From Rubripirellula sp. (GTDB lineage Bacteria; Planctomycetota; Planctomycetia; Pirellulales; Pirellulaceae), in NCBI GenBank assembly GCA_965216875.1, contig OZ244207.1, positions 768,001 through 832,000 on the forward strand: a stretch of 64,000 bases of DNA, in the 5' to 3' direction. Under the pieces are notes generated by a model, which did not search any database, was not told the DNA's origin, and saw only the letters and a program-made list of their open reading frames with translations. Each line of letters begins with the position of its first letter. The stretch's first letter is position 1. Shown piece after piece: positions 37,527 through 47,124 of the stretch. The position numbers and the translations under genes were made by a program.

Positions 37527-39610
37527 ACATAAAGACTTTCGCACGTTTGGATTCAATGGAATTGCTTGACGACAGAATGGCCCAGTCCCGTTTTACCGCG
37601 ATCGCGTCGATTTCACGCGTGGCATTGCTCCTGGTTGCATTGGTCCTTGTTACGTTGTGCTGTGCAAATGCCTTTGCGGATGATCTGGATTTCAAGCAGA
37701 AGATCGAGCCTATTCTTGAACGTTACTGCTACGATTGCCACGCATACGGCGGTGACGAAGGTGGTGTTTCCTTCGATCGCGACGATGCCGATGCGACTCG
37801 ACCACACGACGAAGAGTTTTGGTTGGCCGTTCTCGACAATGTTCGCGCAGGCTTGATGCCTCCGGGTGACATTGATGATCGTCCAAGTGACGAAGAAATT
37901 GAACAGCTCGTCGATTGGATCAAGTTCGATGTGTTCCAAGCCAGCGTTGCCAATCCAGATCCAGGACGCATTCTTCCCCGGCGACTCAATCGTGTTGAAT
38001 ACCAGAACACGATTCGCGACCTGATGGGCTACCGATTTCGGGCACACCTCGAATTCCCGCCCGACGACTCAGGTGGCGGGTTCGACAACAACAGCGATGC
38101 ACTTACTCTGTCGATGCTGTTGATCGAAAAGTACTTGGCCGCCGCCGAATCGATCGTCAATCAAGCAGTACCGCAGTCGGCCGACGCCTTTTCGAGCGAC
38201 GACGACCGCGAGCAGTATCTGCGGTTCTTTCCCGATGGGCCGGCTCCCGCGGGCAGTGATGAAAAAGAGCAGTACGCCGAACGCATTTTGCGACGCTTTG
38301 CTTCACTCGCTTTTCGCCGCCCCGTCGAACAAACCAAGGTCGATCAACTTGTCGCCGTGGCGGAAGAGGTTTATTCAAGCCCAGAGAATACGTTCGAGCA
38401 GGGGGTCAGCCGCGCGATGATGGCCGTGCTTGCTTCACCCCGCTTCCTGTTTCGCATGGATGTCGCATCGCAAGCTGTCGAAGGCGGCGTCGCGGCGGTC
38501 GATGAGTACTCGCTCGCTTCCCGGCTCTCCTACTTCCTTTGGTCGTCGATGCCCGATGAACAGCTAATGGAACTCGCCGGCAAGAAACAGCTGCGCCAAC
38601 AGCTCGCGAACCAAGTCGCGCGGATGTTGGATGATCCGAAAGTCCGCAGCGGCTTGGTCGAAAACTTTTCGGGGCAATGGCTGCGAACGCGCGACATCGA
38701 CAGCGTCGAAATCAACGGCAAAGCAGTCTTGCGGAAGGGACGCGCCAACGGGAATCGGCGAACAAAATACGACTTTGACAACAAGATTCGCGCAGCGATG
38801 AAAAGGGAAACGGAAGAGTACTTTGCCTATATCCTCAAGCACGATCGTACCGTCCTTGAGTTCATTGACAGTGACTATGTCATTGTTAACGAGCGACTTG
38901 CGGATCAGTACGATCTTCCTGATGTCGATGGTGATGAGTTTCGACGTGTCGATTTGCCCGATGACAGCTATCGCGGCGGCGTCTTGACTCAGGGGAGTGT
39001 GCTTGCGGTGACTTCGAATCCCACGCGAACGTCACCCGTCAAGCGAGGCGTCTTTATCCTCGAGAATATTCTTGGCACTCCGCCCCCACCTCCGCCGGCC
39101 AACGTCGCGGAACTCGAAGAGGTCATCGAAGAGAGCGAGGGTGAAAAACCGACGCTCAGTCAAGCACTTGCCAAGCACCGCGAAGATGCATTGTGCAGTT
39201 CCTGTCACAACCGAATGGATCCCCTTGGTCTAGCATTCGAGAACTTTATCCCGATGGGCAATTGGCGCGATGATGAAGAGGGACGTCCGATTGATCCGGC
39301 CGGCCAGCTCATCACCGGTGAACACTTCAAAGACGTCCGCGAGCTCAAACGGATCCTTGCAACCCAGCGACGAACCGACTTTTACCGTTGTCTCACCAAA
39401 AAGCTGATGGCCTATGCGATTGGTCGGTCGCTCGACTACCGAGACACACAAAGTGTGGATGCAATCGTCGACAAAATGGAACAAAACGGCGGGCAAATAT
39501 CGGTGCTGATTCATTCGGTCATCGAGTCGGCACCGTTTCAAAAGATGCGCCGTCCAGATGCAATTGCCACCACGGCGGACACCTACACGAACACCCCGAG
39601 CAATCGATAG
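37523..39610 (+). CDS. DUF1592/DUF1588/DUF1587 planctomycete cytochrome-domain protein
   Basis: CYDCH, RRLNRVEYQNTIRDL, SPRFLFR, LASRLSYFLWSSMPD, TSPVKRG, CSSCH; start may be 37577. Confidence 0.92.
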   Translation: MNIKTFARLDSMELLDDRMAQSRFTAIASISRVALLLVALVLVTLCCANAFADDLDFKQKIEPILERYCYDCHAYGGDEGGVSFDRDDADATRPHDEEFWLAVLDNVRAGLMPPGDIDDRPSDEEIEQLVDWIKFDVFQASVANPDPGRILPRRLNRVEYQNTIRDLMGYRFRAHLEFPPDDSGGGFDNNSDALTLSMLLIEKYLAAAESIVNQAVPQSADAFSSDDDREQYLRFFPDGPAPAGSDEKEQYAERILRRFASLAFRRPVEQTKVDQLVAVAEEVYSSPENTFEQGVSRAMMAVLASPRFLFRMDVASQAVEGGVAAVDEYSLASRLSYFLWSSMPDEQLMELAGKKQLRQQLANQVARMLDDPKVRSGLVENFSGQWLRTRDIDSVEINGKAVLRKGRANGNRRTKYDFDNKIRAAMKRETEEYFAYILKHDRTVLEFIDSDYVIVNERLADQYDLPDVDGDEFRRVDLPDDSYRGGVLTQGSVLAVTSNPTRTSPVKRGVFILENILGTPPPPPPANVAELEEVIEESEGEKPTLSQALAKHREDALCSSCHNRMDPLGLAFENFIPMGNWRDDEEGRPIDPAGQLITGEHFKDVRELKRILATQRRTDFYRCLTKKLMAYAIGRSLDYRDTQSVDAIVDKMEQNGGQISVLIHSVIESAPFQKMRRPDAIATTADTYTNTPSNR

Positions 39611-39617
39611 AAGCCCT

Positions 39618-40979
39618 ATGAAGAATCGAGCGAACCAAGCCAGCCGACGAAACTTCTTGCGCGGTGTTGGCGCCTACATGGCTCTACCCGCACTCGAGTC
39701 GTTGCAAGCCCAGTCGGTGATTGCAGGGGGATCTGACGCGCGACTTGCGACAACAGCGTCGGGCGCGCCACTGCGAGCCGCATTCATTTTCTTTCCCAAT
39801 GGGGCGCACCAGGAGAACTGGTTCCCAGCCGAAGGTGCCCACCTGGGCAAAACGATGGAACCGCTCGAGTCGCTGAAGGATTCGGTTCAAATCCTGGGTG
39901 GGCTCGATCATCAAAACGCGATGCCTGGTCATGATGGTGGTGGCGATCACGCCAGGGGCACAGCCACTTTCTTGACCGGTGCTCGCGCCCGCAAGACCGA
40001 TAGTGCAAACATTCACCTTGGCGCCTCGGTTGACCAACTGATCGCTCAACGCGTTGGCCAGCAGACAAGGTTCGCGTCGCTCGAACTTTCCTGCGATGCC
40101 GTTCGCAAATCGGGCAGTTGTGACAGTGGCTATTCGTGTGCGTATCAGTACAACATTTCCTGGCGCACCCCGACGCTTCCCGCCGCTTCGGAAACGAATC
40201 CGCGGCTCGTCTTTGAACGTTTGTTCGGATCAGGCGCTCCCAAGGATCGCCGTCGCAATTTGGAAATGCGACGACAGACGCAGCGTTCCTTGCTGGATGC
40301 CGTGATCGGTGATGCACGCGATCTGAAAAAGGACCTGAGCAGTGCGGACCATGGCAAATTGGATGAGTATCTAACGGGCGTCCGCGAGATCGAACAACGC
40401 ATCGAACGTGCGGAACGTTTTGGTGACCTTCCGGTTCCCGAGATGCAATCGCCCGAGGGCACGCCGGAAGACTACGGCAAACATATGGACTTGATGTACG
40501 ACCTGATGGCGGTCGCGTTTGAGACCGATTCGACGCGCGTCAGTTCGTTCATGCTGGCTCATGACGGATCCAATCGGTCGTTCAAGCAGATCGGTGTTCC
40601 CGACGGACACCACGACTGTTCGCACCATGGCAACCGCAAAGTGAAGCTTGATAAGATTGCCAAGATCGATCGCTACTACATGGATCACTTTGCCAGATTC
40701 CTAAAGCGGCTTGAAAGTAAAAAGGATCTGGATGGGCGATCGGTGTTGGACAATTCGATGATCGTCTACGGTGGGGGCAATGCAGACGGCAACAAACACT
40801 CGCACGACAATTTGCCCGTGATTTTGGCTGGCGGCGGTGGTGGCACACTGTCAGCCGGACGCTACGCCAAAATGGGCGGCGTGCCGATGAGCAATCTGTT
40901 TCTGAGCATGGCGACTCGGATGGGCGCGACCGATGTCGTCGAGATTGGCGATTCCACCGGACCGCTAAAAAACCTTTAG
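39618..40979 (+). CDS. DUF1552 family Tat-exported protein
   Basis: SRRNFLRG Tat motif, FFPNG, GDHA, SVDQ, CDSGYSCAY..NISW, HHDCSHH, H...NLP..LAG. Confidence 0.92.
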   Translation: MKNRANQASRRNFLRGVGAYMALPALESLQAQSVIAGGSDARLATTASGAPLRAAFIFFPNGAHQENWFPAEGAHLGKTMEPLESLKDSVQILGGLDHQNAMPGHDGGGDHARGTATFLTGARARKTDSANIHLGASVDQLIAQRVGQQTRFASLELSCDAVRKSGSCDSGYSCAYQYNISWRTPTLPAASETNPRLVFERLFGSGAPKDRRRNLEMRRQTQRSLLDAVIGDARDLKKDLSSADHGKLDEYLTGVREIEQRIERAERFGDLPVPEMQSPEGTPEDYGKHMDLMYDLMAVAFETDSTRVSSFMLAHDGSNRSFKQIGVPDGHHDCSHHGNRKVKLDKIAKIDRYYMDHFARFLKRLESKKDLDGRSVLDNSMIVYGGGNADGNKHSHDNLPVILAGGGGGTLSAGRYAKMGGVPMSNLFLSMATRMGATDVVEIGDSTGPLKNL

Positions 40980-41035
40980 AAGCACGTACAACGACCGATT
41001 AGCTGTCGGCGACAAGCCACACGTTTGAGACGCCG

Positions 41036-41521
41036 ATGCCGTCGATCAAGAAAGACCTTGCGGAGCTATACGATGATGTAGGCCAACAGCTTTTTCACTG
41101 TGCGCTCGCGGTGACGACATCGAGTGATCTTGCTGAGGACGCCGTGCACAACGCGTTCACAAAAGCACTGCAGCTTGCCCAGAGGCCCGACAACCTGAAA
41201 GCCTATATGTTTCGGGCGGTCCGCAATTCGGCCGTCGACATTTCGCGAAAGCAATCACGACACGTCCAGGCGAACCCCGAGCAATGGTTCGAAGTTGGCG
41301 AGGCAACAAAACCAAACACCCCGTTTGATTTGGAAGCGATCTCGTCAGCGATCGGCGACCTACCCGACGATCAACGCGAAACGGTGCTCGAGCATTTGGT
41401 GGCTGGACTGACTTTTCGCGAAATCGCTGAGTTGCGAGATCGTCCGATTGGCACCATTGCGACCTGGTACCGCAGAGGTATCGAAAAACTACGCTCTCGA
41501 TTTGACAAGCACTATGAATAA
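41036..41521 (+). CDS. ECF RNA polymerase sigma factor
   Basis: AEDAVHNAF, YMFRAVRN, LPDDQRE, GLTFREIA...GTI. Confidence 0.9.
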   Translation: MPSIKKDLAELYDDVGQQLFHCALAVTTSSDLAEDAVHNAFTKALQLAQRPDNLKAYMFRAVRNSAVDISRKQSRHVQANPEQWFEVGEATKPNTPFDLEAISSAIGDLPDDQRETVLEHLVAGLTFREIAELRDRPIGTIATWYRRGIEKLRSRFDKHYE

Positions 41522-41870
41522 CATCGAAGACGATCTCTGTGATTTGGCGTGGAAAGATGCATCGCCAGATCTTCGTGAACGCATTTTTGGCGACGAAGCC
41601 GAAGATGCTGCAACGCCAAAGCGCCGCAACGGCATGTCGGTGCGCTGGTCGGCCCTGATCGCCGTCGCCGCAGGTGTCGGCGGATTTCTCGTCGGGGTGA
41701 CGCGTGGACCTGATGAGAACGTTCCGTCGATCGCCAGTGCCGAGACCGATTTGCGTGTCGTGGAAACCTACAGTTCTCACAACTCTTTTGATTTCTCATA
41801 CGGTGCAGTACAGATCCTGCCGGGTGAGTTGCGAGCGTCGATTGATGGCGAGTTGGAGCCGTTGAAATGA
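41514..41870 (+). CDS. Putative membrane-anchored anti-sigma factor
   Basis: Overlaps the sigma stop codon; SPDLRERI cytoplasmic segment followed by one TM helix. Confidence 0.65.
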   Translation: MNNIEDDLCDLAWKDASPDLRERIFGDEAEDAATPKRRNGMSVRWSALIAVAAGVGGFLVGVTRGPDENVPSIASAETDLRVVETYSSHNSFDFSYGAVQILPGELRASIDGELEPLK

Positions 41871-42592
41871 AGAGCGTCGTGATTGGATTGGCGTGTTGCC
41901 TAATTGCTGGATTGGCGACGCCAAATAGCGCCACCGCCGATGAGTTGCACTATGAGCTGCAGGTCTTTCGTCTTGATGGTGCCTTTCGTACCGAGACCTC
42001 TCTTGCACCAGAGATCATCAAAGATGACAGGGCTCAACTCGACAAAATCAAATATGCCGTCACTTTGTTCAACGCAGGCAGTTTCCATTGGGAAAGCGAC
42101 GAATTGCAGCTAAATCACCGCGGGTGTTTTTGGAATGGCAAGAAACTGACGTTCGAGGAAGGCTACCGTGAGCCGCTGCCGGTTGAAAAGTTGACGATGA
42201 TCTATTCACCGGCCGTCACCATGAAAGCGGGCAAGACCGTACGGCTCAAGATCGAGTCGGATGCTCCCGTCCAATACATGCAACGCAAAGCCAACGGGGA
42301 TTTCAAGTTGCTCGAGCAGACCATGCCGGTTGGAATGGATCTTGAAGTCCAGGCGGTGAGGCGAGCCACCGAAGGTTTTCGCATCGAGCATTTGGAAATC
42401 GAACTTCGTAGCGTGGGCAGCCGCGAGAAGATCCCGAATGTGAATCTACCGATCGGCAAGCCGAATGTTCGCGAGTGGAAATACACTTTCGGTTTCAATG
42501 TCGAGCCACGAAAGGGCTACGGGATCCTGGTTCGTCCCGAGGGCACGGCGGGAGCAATGCTGATTCGTATCGCAGTCTCCGACGCAAAGTAG
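41867..42592 (+). CDS. Exported hypothetical protein resembling a minimal secretin-core domain
   Basis: Signal peptide; SPAVTMKAGKTVRLKI...VGMDLEV...LEIE...KPNVREWKYTFGFNV..G...MLIRI beta-strand pattern. The CDS is well supported; the fold call is tentative. Confidence 0.65.
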   Translation: MKSVVIGLACCLIAGLATPNSATADELHYELQVFRLDGAFRTETSLAPEIIKDDRAQLDKIKYAVTLFNAGSFHWESDELQLNHRGCFWNGKKLTFEEGYREPLPVEKLTMIYSPAVTMKAGKTVRLKIESDAPVQYMQRKANGDFKLLEQTMPVGMDLEVQAVRRATEGFRIEHLEIELRSVGSREKIPNVNLPIGKPNVREWKYTFGFNVEPRKGYGILVRPEGTAGAMLIRIAVSDAK

Positions 42593-42601
42593 CCTGTCGT
42601 C

Positions 42602-42642
42602 GTAGACCGGATCAAGGAGCGACAGCGACACAGATTCGGCAC
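42602..42642 (+). repeat. 41-bp GTAG REP-like element
   Basis: GTAGACCGGATC...GATTCGGCAC; matches 33949-33989. Confidence 0.78.
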
Positions 42643-42964
42643 GATCGGCATCGTAATCTTTGTCGGGTTATGCCCGACCGCCCGGCGGAAGGTTATTGTC
42701 ACTTTTTGTCGTCCGTGTTCCCGTGTCACTTCCTATTCCTCGCCGCCAGCGTGGTACGATAATCGCTCCAGCGACTTCGCATTGAAGAGACCGGTTTGAG
42801 CTTCCTAAAACAGAGCGGACGAGTCTTCTTCGGTGTGTTGGCGTTGGAATCCAATAGGGAAACGTGTTCGCGGAAGTGATCTGCATCTTTGACCAATGGC
42901 GGGCGACACGTCGATAGGGATTGCACCTCTTTTCTAGTCACACTTTGTACGGGGATTCGACATC

Positions 42965-44500
42965 ATGCGGATGAAAAGCCTAACCCTTCTGTCAGCCTGG
43001 CTCGCGATTGCTTTCGCTGCCACAAACTTATCGGCTCAAGAGAAACCAAACATCGTTGTCATCTGGGGTGACGACGTCGGCTGGAACAACCCCAGCTGTT
43101 ACAACCGGGGCATGATGGGATACCGAACGCCCAACATTGACCGGCTTGCCAAAGAGGGCATGTTGTTCACCGACTGGTATGGTCAACAGAGTTGCACGGC
43201 TGGGCGATCGACCTTTGTGACGGGGCAAAGTGGTTTTCGTACCGGACTGTTGAAGGTGGGGTTGCCGGGCGCCAAGGAAGGGCTTTCGGAAAAGGATCCA
43301 ACGATCGCAGCGCTGTTGAAAAACCATGGCTACATGACAGCCCAGTACGGCAAGAATCACTTGGGCGATCGTGACGACCACCTGCCGTCGAATCATGGTT
43401 TTGACGAGTTTTTTGGCAACCTCTACCACCTCAACGCCGAGCAAGAACCGGAGCATCCCGACTATCCCAAGGACCCCGAGTTTCGAAAGAAGTTCGGTCC
43501 GCGTGGTGTGATCAAATCGTCATCCGACGGTAGTGTGAAAGACACCGGACCATTGACGATCAAACGCATGGAAACGGTTGATGAAGAAGTCACCGCAGGG
43601 GCGCTTGACTTTATGGATCGCGCGAAGCAAGCGGACAAGCCATTCTTTTTGTGGTGGAACTCCACCCGCATGCACATTTGGACGCACTTGAAGGAAGAGT
43701 CGAAGAACAAAACCGGCTACGGCGTTTACGCTGATGGAATGGTCGAACATGACGGTCACGTTGGTCAACTCCTTGATAAGCTCGATGAGCTCGGGTTGGC
43801 CGAGAACACGATCGTGATGTACTCGACCGACAACGGTGCCGAGTGCTTCTCGTGGCCCGACGGCGGGTCGACACCCTTTCGCAATGAGAAGAACTCGAAC
43901 TGGGAAGGCGGCTACCGCGTTCCTTGTTTGATTCGTTGGCCCGGCAAGATCGAAGCAGGCAGCGTTAACAACAACATTTGCTCACACGAAGACATGTTGC
44001 CAACGTTGATGGCCGCAGTGGGCGAAGCGGACATCAAGGAAAAGCTGCTCGAGGGTCATTCGGCGATCGGACGTGACTACAAAGTGCACCTCGATGGCTA
44101 CAACCTGCTTCCCGGCTTGACGGGCAAGGTGGATGATTGGCCGCGAAAAGAGTTCTTCTACTGGACCGATGACGGCGACCTGTGTGCGCTGCGTTACAAC
44201 CGCTGGAAGCTCGTTTTTATGGAGCAGCGTCAACATGGCTTTCATGTTTGGGAGGAACCGCTCGTGACGCTGCGTGTGCCCAAACTGTTCTGCCTTCGCA
44301 GCGATCCGTTCGAACGGGCTGATCACGAAGCCAGTGATTACGACCGATGGCGCGTCGACCACCTTTTTGTGGCCGTACCGGCACAGGCGTTCGTGGCCGA
44401 ACACCTGGCGACCTATCAGAACTTCCCGCCTCGACAGAAGCCGGGCAGTTTCTCGCTCGATCAAGTCCTTAGCAAACTGCAAGAGGCAGGTGTCGAATAG
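42965..44500 (+). CDS. Arylsulfatase (Cys-type), exported
   Basis: KPNIVVIWGDD, SCTAGRS, GKNHLG, FGNLYHLNA, TDNG, WEGG. Confidence 0.93.
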   Translation: MRMKSLTLLSAWLAIAFAATNLSAQEKPNIVVIWGDDVGWNNPSCYNRGMMGYRTPNIDRLAKEGMLFTDWYGQQSCTAGRSTFVTGQSGFRTGLLKVGLPGAKEGLSEKDPTIAALLKNHGYMTAQYGKNHLGDRDDHLPSNHGFDEFFGNLYHLNAEQEPEHPDYPKDPEFRKKFGPRGVIKSSSDGSVKDTGPLTIKRMETVDEEVTAGALDFMDRAKQADKPFFLWWNSTRMHIWTHLKEESKNKTGYGVYADGMVEHDGHVGQLLDKLDELGLAENTIVMYSTDNGAECFSWPDGGSTPFRNEKNSNWEGGYRVPCLIRWPGKIEAGSVNNNICSHEDMLPTLMAAVGEADIKEKLLEGHSAIGRDYKVHLDGYNLLPGLTGKVDDWPRKEFFYWTDDGDLCALRYNRWKLVFMEQRQHGFHVWEEPLVTLRVPKLFCLRSDPFERADHEASDYDRWRVDHLFVAVPAQAFVAEHLATYQNFPPRQKPGSFSLDQVLSKLQEAGVE

Positions 44501-44532
44501 TCGTCGTCTTGTTGCGTCGAAATGAATGATCG

Positions 44533-44577
44533 AAAACCAGGCATCTGTGCAAACTCACAGGTGTCTGGTTTCTTTTT
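44533..44577 (+). terminator. Intrinsic terminator
   Basis: AAACCAGGCATCTGTG / CACAGGTGTCTGGTTT stem (with G-U pairs) followed by a T-run. Confidence 0.7.
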
Positions 44578-44656
44578 GCGCTTCCCCCAACCTCCTTGAC
44601 GCAAAGCCTAGAATAACGACTCTGCACGCACACGGCCTTTGACACGGGGAAGAATC

Positions 44657-47119
44657 ATGAGTGCCACGGTTGCATCGAGTCGTCATGGACACACCGTCGA
44701 AGATTTCGAACAGCTGGTTGTCGACAACCTTTACCACACTCACGGTGAAGCGATCCCAACGGCAACCAAACATGACCTCTACATGGCACTCTGCTATGCC
44801 GTTCGCGACTATCTGATTGATCGGTGGCGACGCACGACCGATGCGCGGTACGAAGCAAACCCCAAATGCGTCTACTACTTGTCGGCCGAATATTTGCTCG
44901 GCAAACAGCTCTCACAGAACCTGCTCTACTCGGGTACGGACGAACTTGCGCGTCAGGGATTGGCGAAGCACGGTTTTGAGCTCGACGACTTCCTGAAGAT
45001 GGACGTCGAACCGGGACTAGGTAATGGTGGGTTGGGGCGACTGGCTGCATGCTTTATTGATTCGTTGGCCACCCTCGATGTTCCAGCGGTCGGCTACGGC
45101 ATCCGCTATGAGTTCGGGATTTTCAGGCAAACCTTCCGAGATGGTTGGCAAGTGGAAAAGCCGGACGAATGGGCGTTGCGAGGAAACCCGTGGGAATTCA
45201 TTCAACCGGACGACATGGTCGAAGTCGGCTTTTACGGCCGCACCGAGCACGTTGTCGACGAGGCCGGGGAATTGCGAGTGCAATGGCACCCGGAACACAA
45301 GGTCTTTGGTGAGCCCTGCATGACGCCTGTTCCTGGATACGGAACGGAAACGGTCAACATTCTTCGGCTGTGGCGAGCGCGTGCGACCGAAGAATTTGAT
45401 TTTGAATTGTTCGATGTTGGCGACTACACCCGAGCTGTGGAACAAAAAGCTCGCTCCGAGAATATCAGCAAAGTTCTCTATCCCAACGACAACACCGACC
45501 AAGGCAAAGAACTGCGTCTTCAGCAGCAGTACTTTTTTGTTGCCTGCTCGCTGCACGATATTATCTTGCGATTCAAGCTTCGCAATGACGACTGGGACGA
45601 TTTCCCAAACAAGGTTGCGATCCAACTCAACGACACCCATCCGAACGTCGCGATTCCCGAGTTGATGCGGTTGCTGGTCGATCAGTATCAAGTCGGCTGG
45701 GATCGGGCTTGGTCCATCACCCAAAAAACGTTTGCGTACACCTGCCATACGCTACTTCCCGAGGCGCTCGAGGTCTGGCCGATCGATCTGTTCGGTAACT
45801 TGCTTCCGCGTCATCTCGAGATCATTTTCGAAATCAATCGTCGTTTTCTTGACGAAGTGCGTGAGCAATTTCCGGGCGATGATGCGCGCGTCGAGCGAAT
45901 GTCGATCATTCAGGAAGGCCACAAGCGAGGCGTGCGAATGGCGAACCTTGCCACCGTCGGTTCACACGCTGTCAATGGCGTCGCCGAGCTTCAGTCTCGC
46001 TTGCTACGCGAACGGACACTGGCCGATTTCGCCGAAATGTGGCCCGAGAAATTTCAGAACAAAACCAACGGGGTCACGCCGCGTCGATTCATGCGGATCG
46101 CCAACCCACAGCTTGCCGATTTGATTTCGTCCAAGATTGGCAACGATTGGTTGACTGATTTGGATCAGCTGCGTTTGCTCGAGAAACACATTGACGACTC
46201 GGCATTCCTGGAACAATGGCGAGAAGTGAAGCAGCAGAACAAAAAGGAGCTCGCACAGCTACTGCTCGACGAAACGGGCGTCGAACTCGATACCAATTCG
46301 ATCTTTGACGTGCTGGTCAAACGATTGCATGAATACAAGCGACAGCTGCTCAAGGTGTTGCATATCGTTTGGTTGTATCACCGCATCAAAGAGAACCCCG
46401 AGAGTGTCACTGTGCCACGGACGTTTCTCTTTGGCGCAAAAGCGGCCCCCGGTTATCACATGGCAAAGCTGATCATCAAGTTGATCCACAGCGTTGCCGA
46501 GGTGGTCAACAACGACCCCGACGTCAAGGATCGGCTGAAAGTGGTCTTTCCTGCAAACTTCAACGTCTCGCTGGCCGAACGGATTTATCCGGCGGCGGAC
46601 GTCTCAGAGCAGATTTCGATGGCTGGCAAAGAGGCATCTGGCACGGGGAACATGAAGTTTGCGCTCAACGGCGCTGTCACCGTTGGCACGCTCGATGGCG
46701 CGAACGTCGAAATCCGCGAGCGCGTCGGCGAAGATAACTTCTTCCTGTTTGGTCTGACCGCCGAGGAGGTCTTTGCAACCAAGGAAAAGGGATATCATCC
46801 GGGCGGGATTTACGAGTCGAATCCGGAACTTCGACGTGTGCTCGACAGCATCGCTGGCGGACAGTTTTCGCATGGAGACGATCAGTTGTTCCGCCCGATT
46901 GTCGATTCGTTACTCCACCACGACGAGTACTTGTTGCTTGCCGATTTTCACGCCTACGTCGAATGCAGCGAACGGGCCGCTCAAGCGTATGAAGACCAAG
47001 ACGAATGGACACGGATGTCGATTTTGAATTGTGCACGTTGCGGGTTCTTTTCATCCGATCGTTCGATGCAGCAATACTGCGACGAGATTTGGGATGCCAA
47101 GCCGCTACCGATTCAATGA
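44657..47119 (+). CDS. glgP: Glycogen/alpha-glucan phosphorylase
   Basis: [41 protein letters not shown]-binding [10 protein letters not shown]. Confidence 0.97.
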   Translation: MSATVASSRHGHTVEDFEQLVVDNLYHTHGEAIPTATKHDLYMALCYAVRDYLIDRWRRTTDARYEANPKCVYYLSAEYLLGKQLSQNLLYSGTDELARQGLAKHGFELDDFLKMDVEPGLGNGGLGRLAACFIDSLATLDVPAVGYGIRYEFGIFRQTFRDGWQVEKPDEWALRGNPWEFIQPDDMVEVGFYGRTEHVVDEAGELRVQWHPEHKVFGEPCMTPVPGYGTETVNILRLWRARATEEFDFELFDVGDYTRAVEQKARSENISKVLYPNDNTDQGKELRLQQQYFFVACSLHDIILRFKLRNDDWDDFPNKVAIQLNDTHPNVAIPELMRLLVDQYQVGWDRAWSITQKTFAYTCHTLLPEALEVWPIDLFGNLLPRHLEIIFEINRRFLDEVREQFPGDDARVERMSIIQEGHKRGVRMANLATVGSHAVNGVAELQSRLLRERTLADFAEMWPEKFQNKTNGVTPRRFMRIANPQLADLISSKIGNDWLTDLDQLRLLEKHIDDSAFLEQWREVKQQNKKELAQLLLDETGVELDTNSIFDVLVKRLHEYKRQLLKVLHIVWLYHRIKENPESVTVPRTFLFGAKAAPGYHMAKLIIKLIHSVAEVVNNDPDVKDRLKVVFPANFNVSLAERIYPAADVSEQISMAGKEASGTGNMKFALNGAVTVGTLDGANVEIRERVGEDNFFLFGLTAEEVFATKEKGYHPGGIYESNPELRRVLDSIAGGQFSHGDDQLFRPIVDSLLHHDEYLLLADFHAYVECSERAAQAYEDQDEWTRMSILNCARCGFFSSDRSMQQYCDEIWDAKPLPIQ

Positions 47120-47124
47120 GTCGC

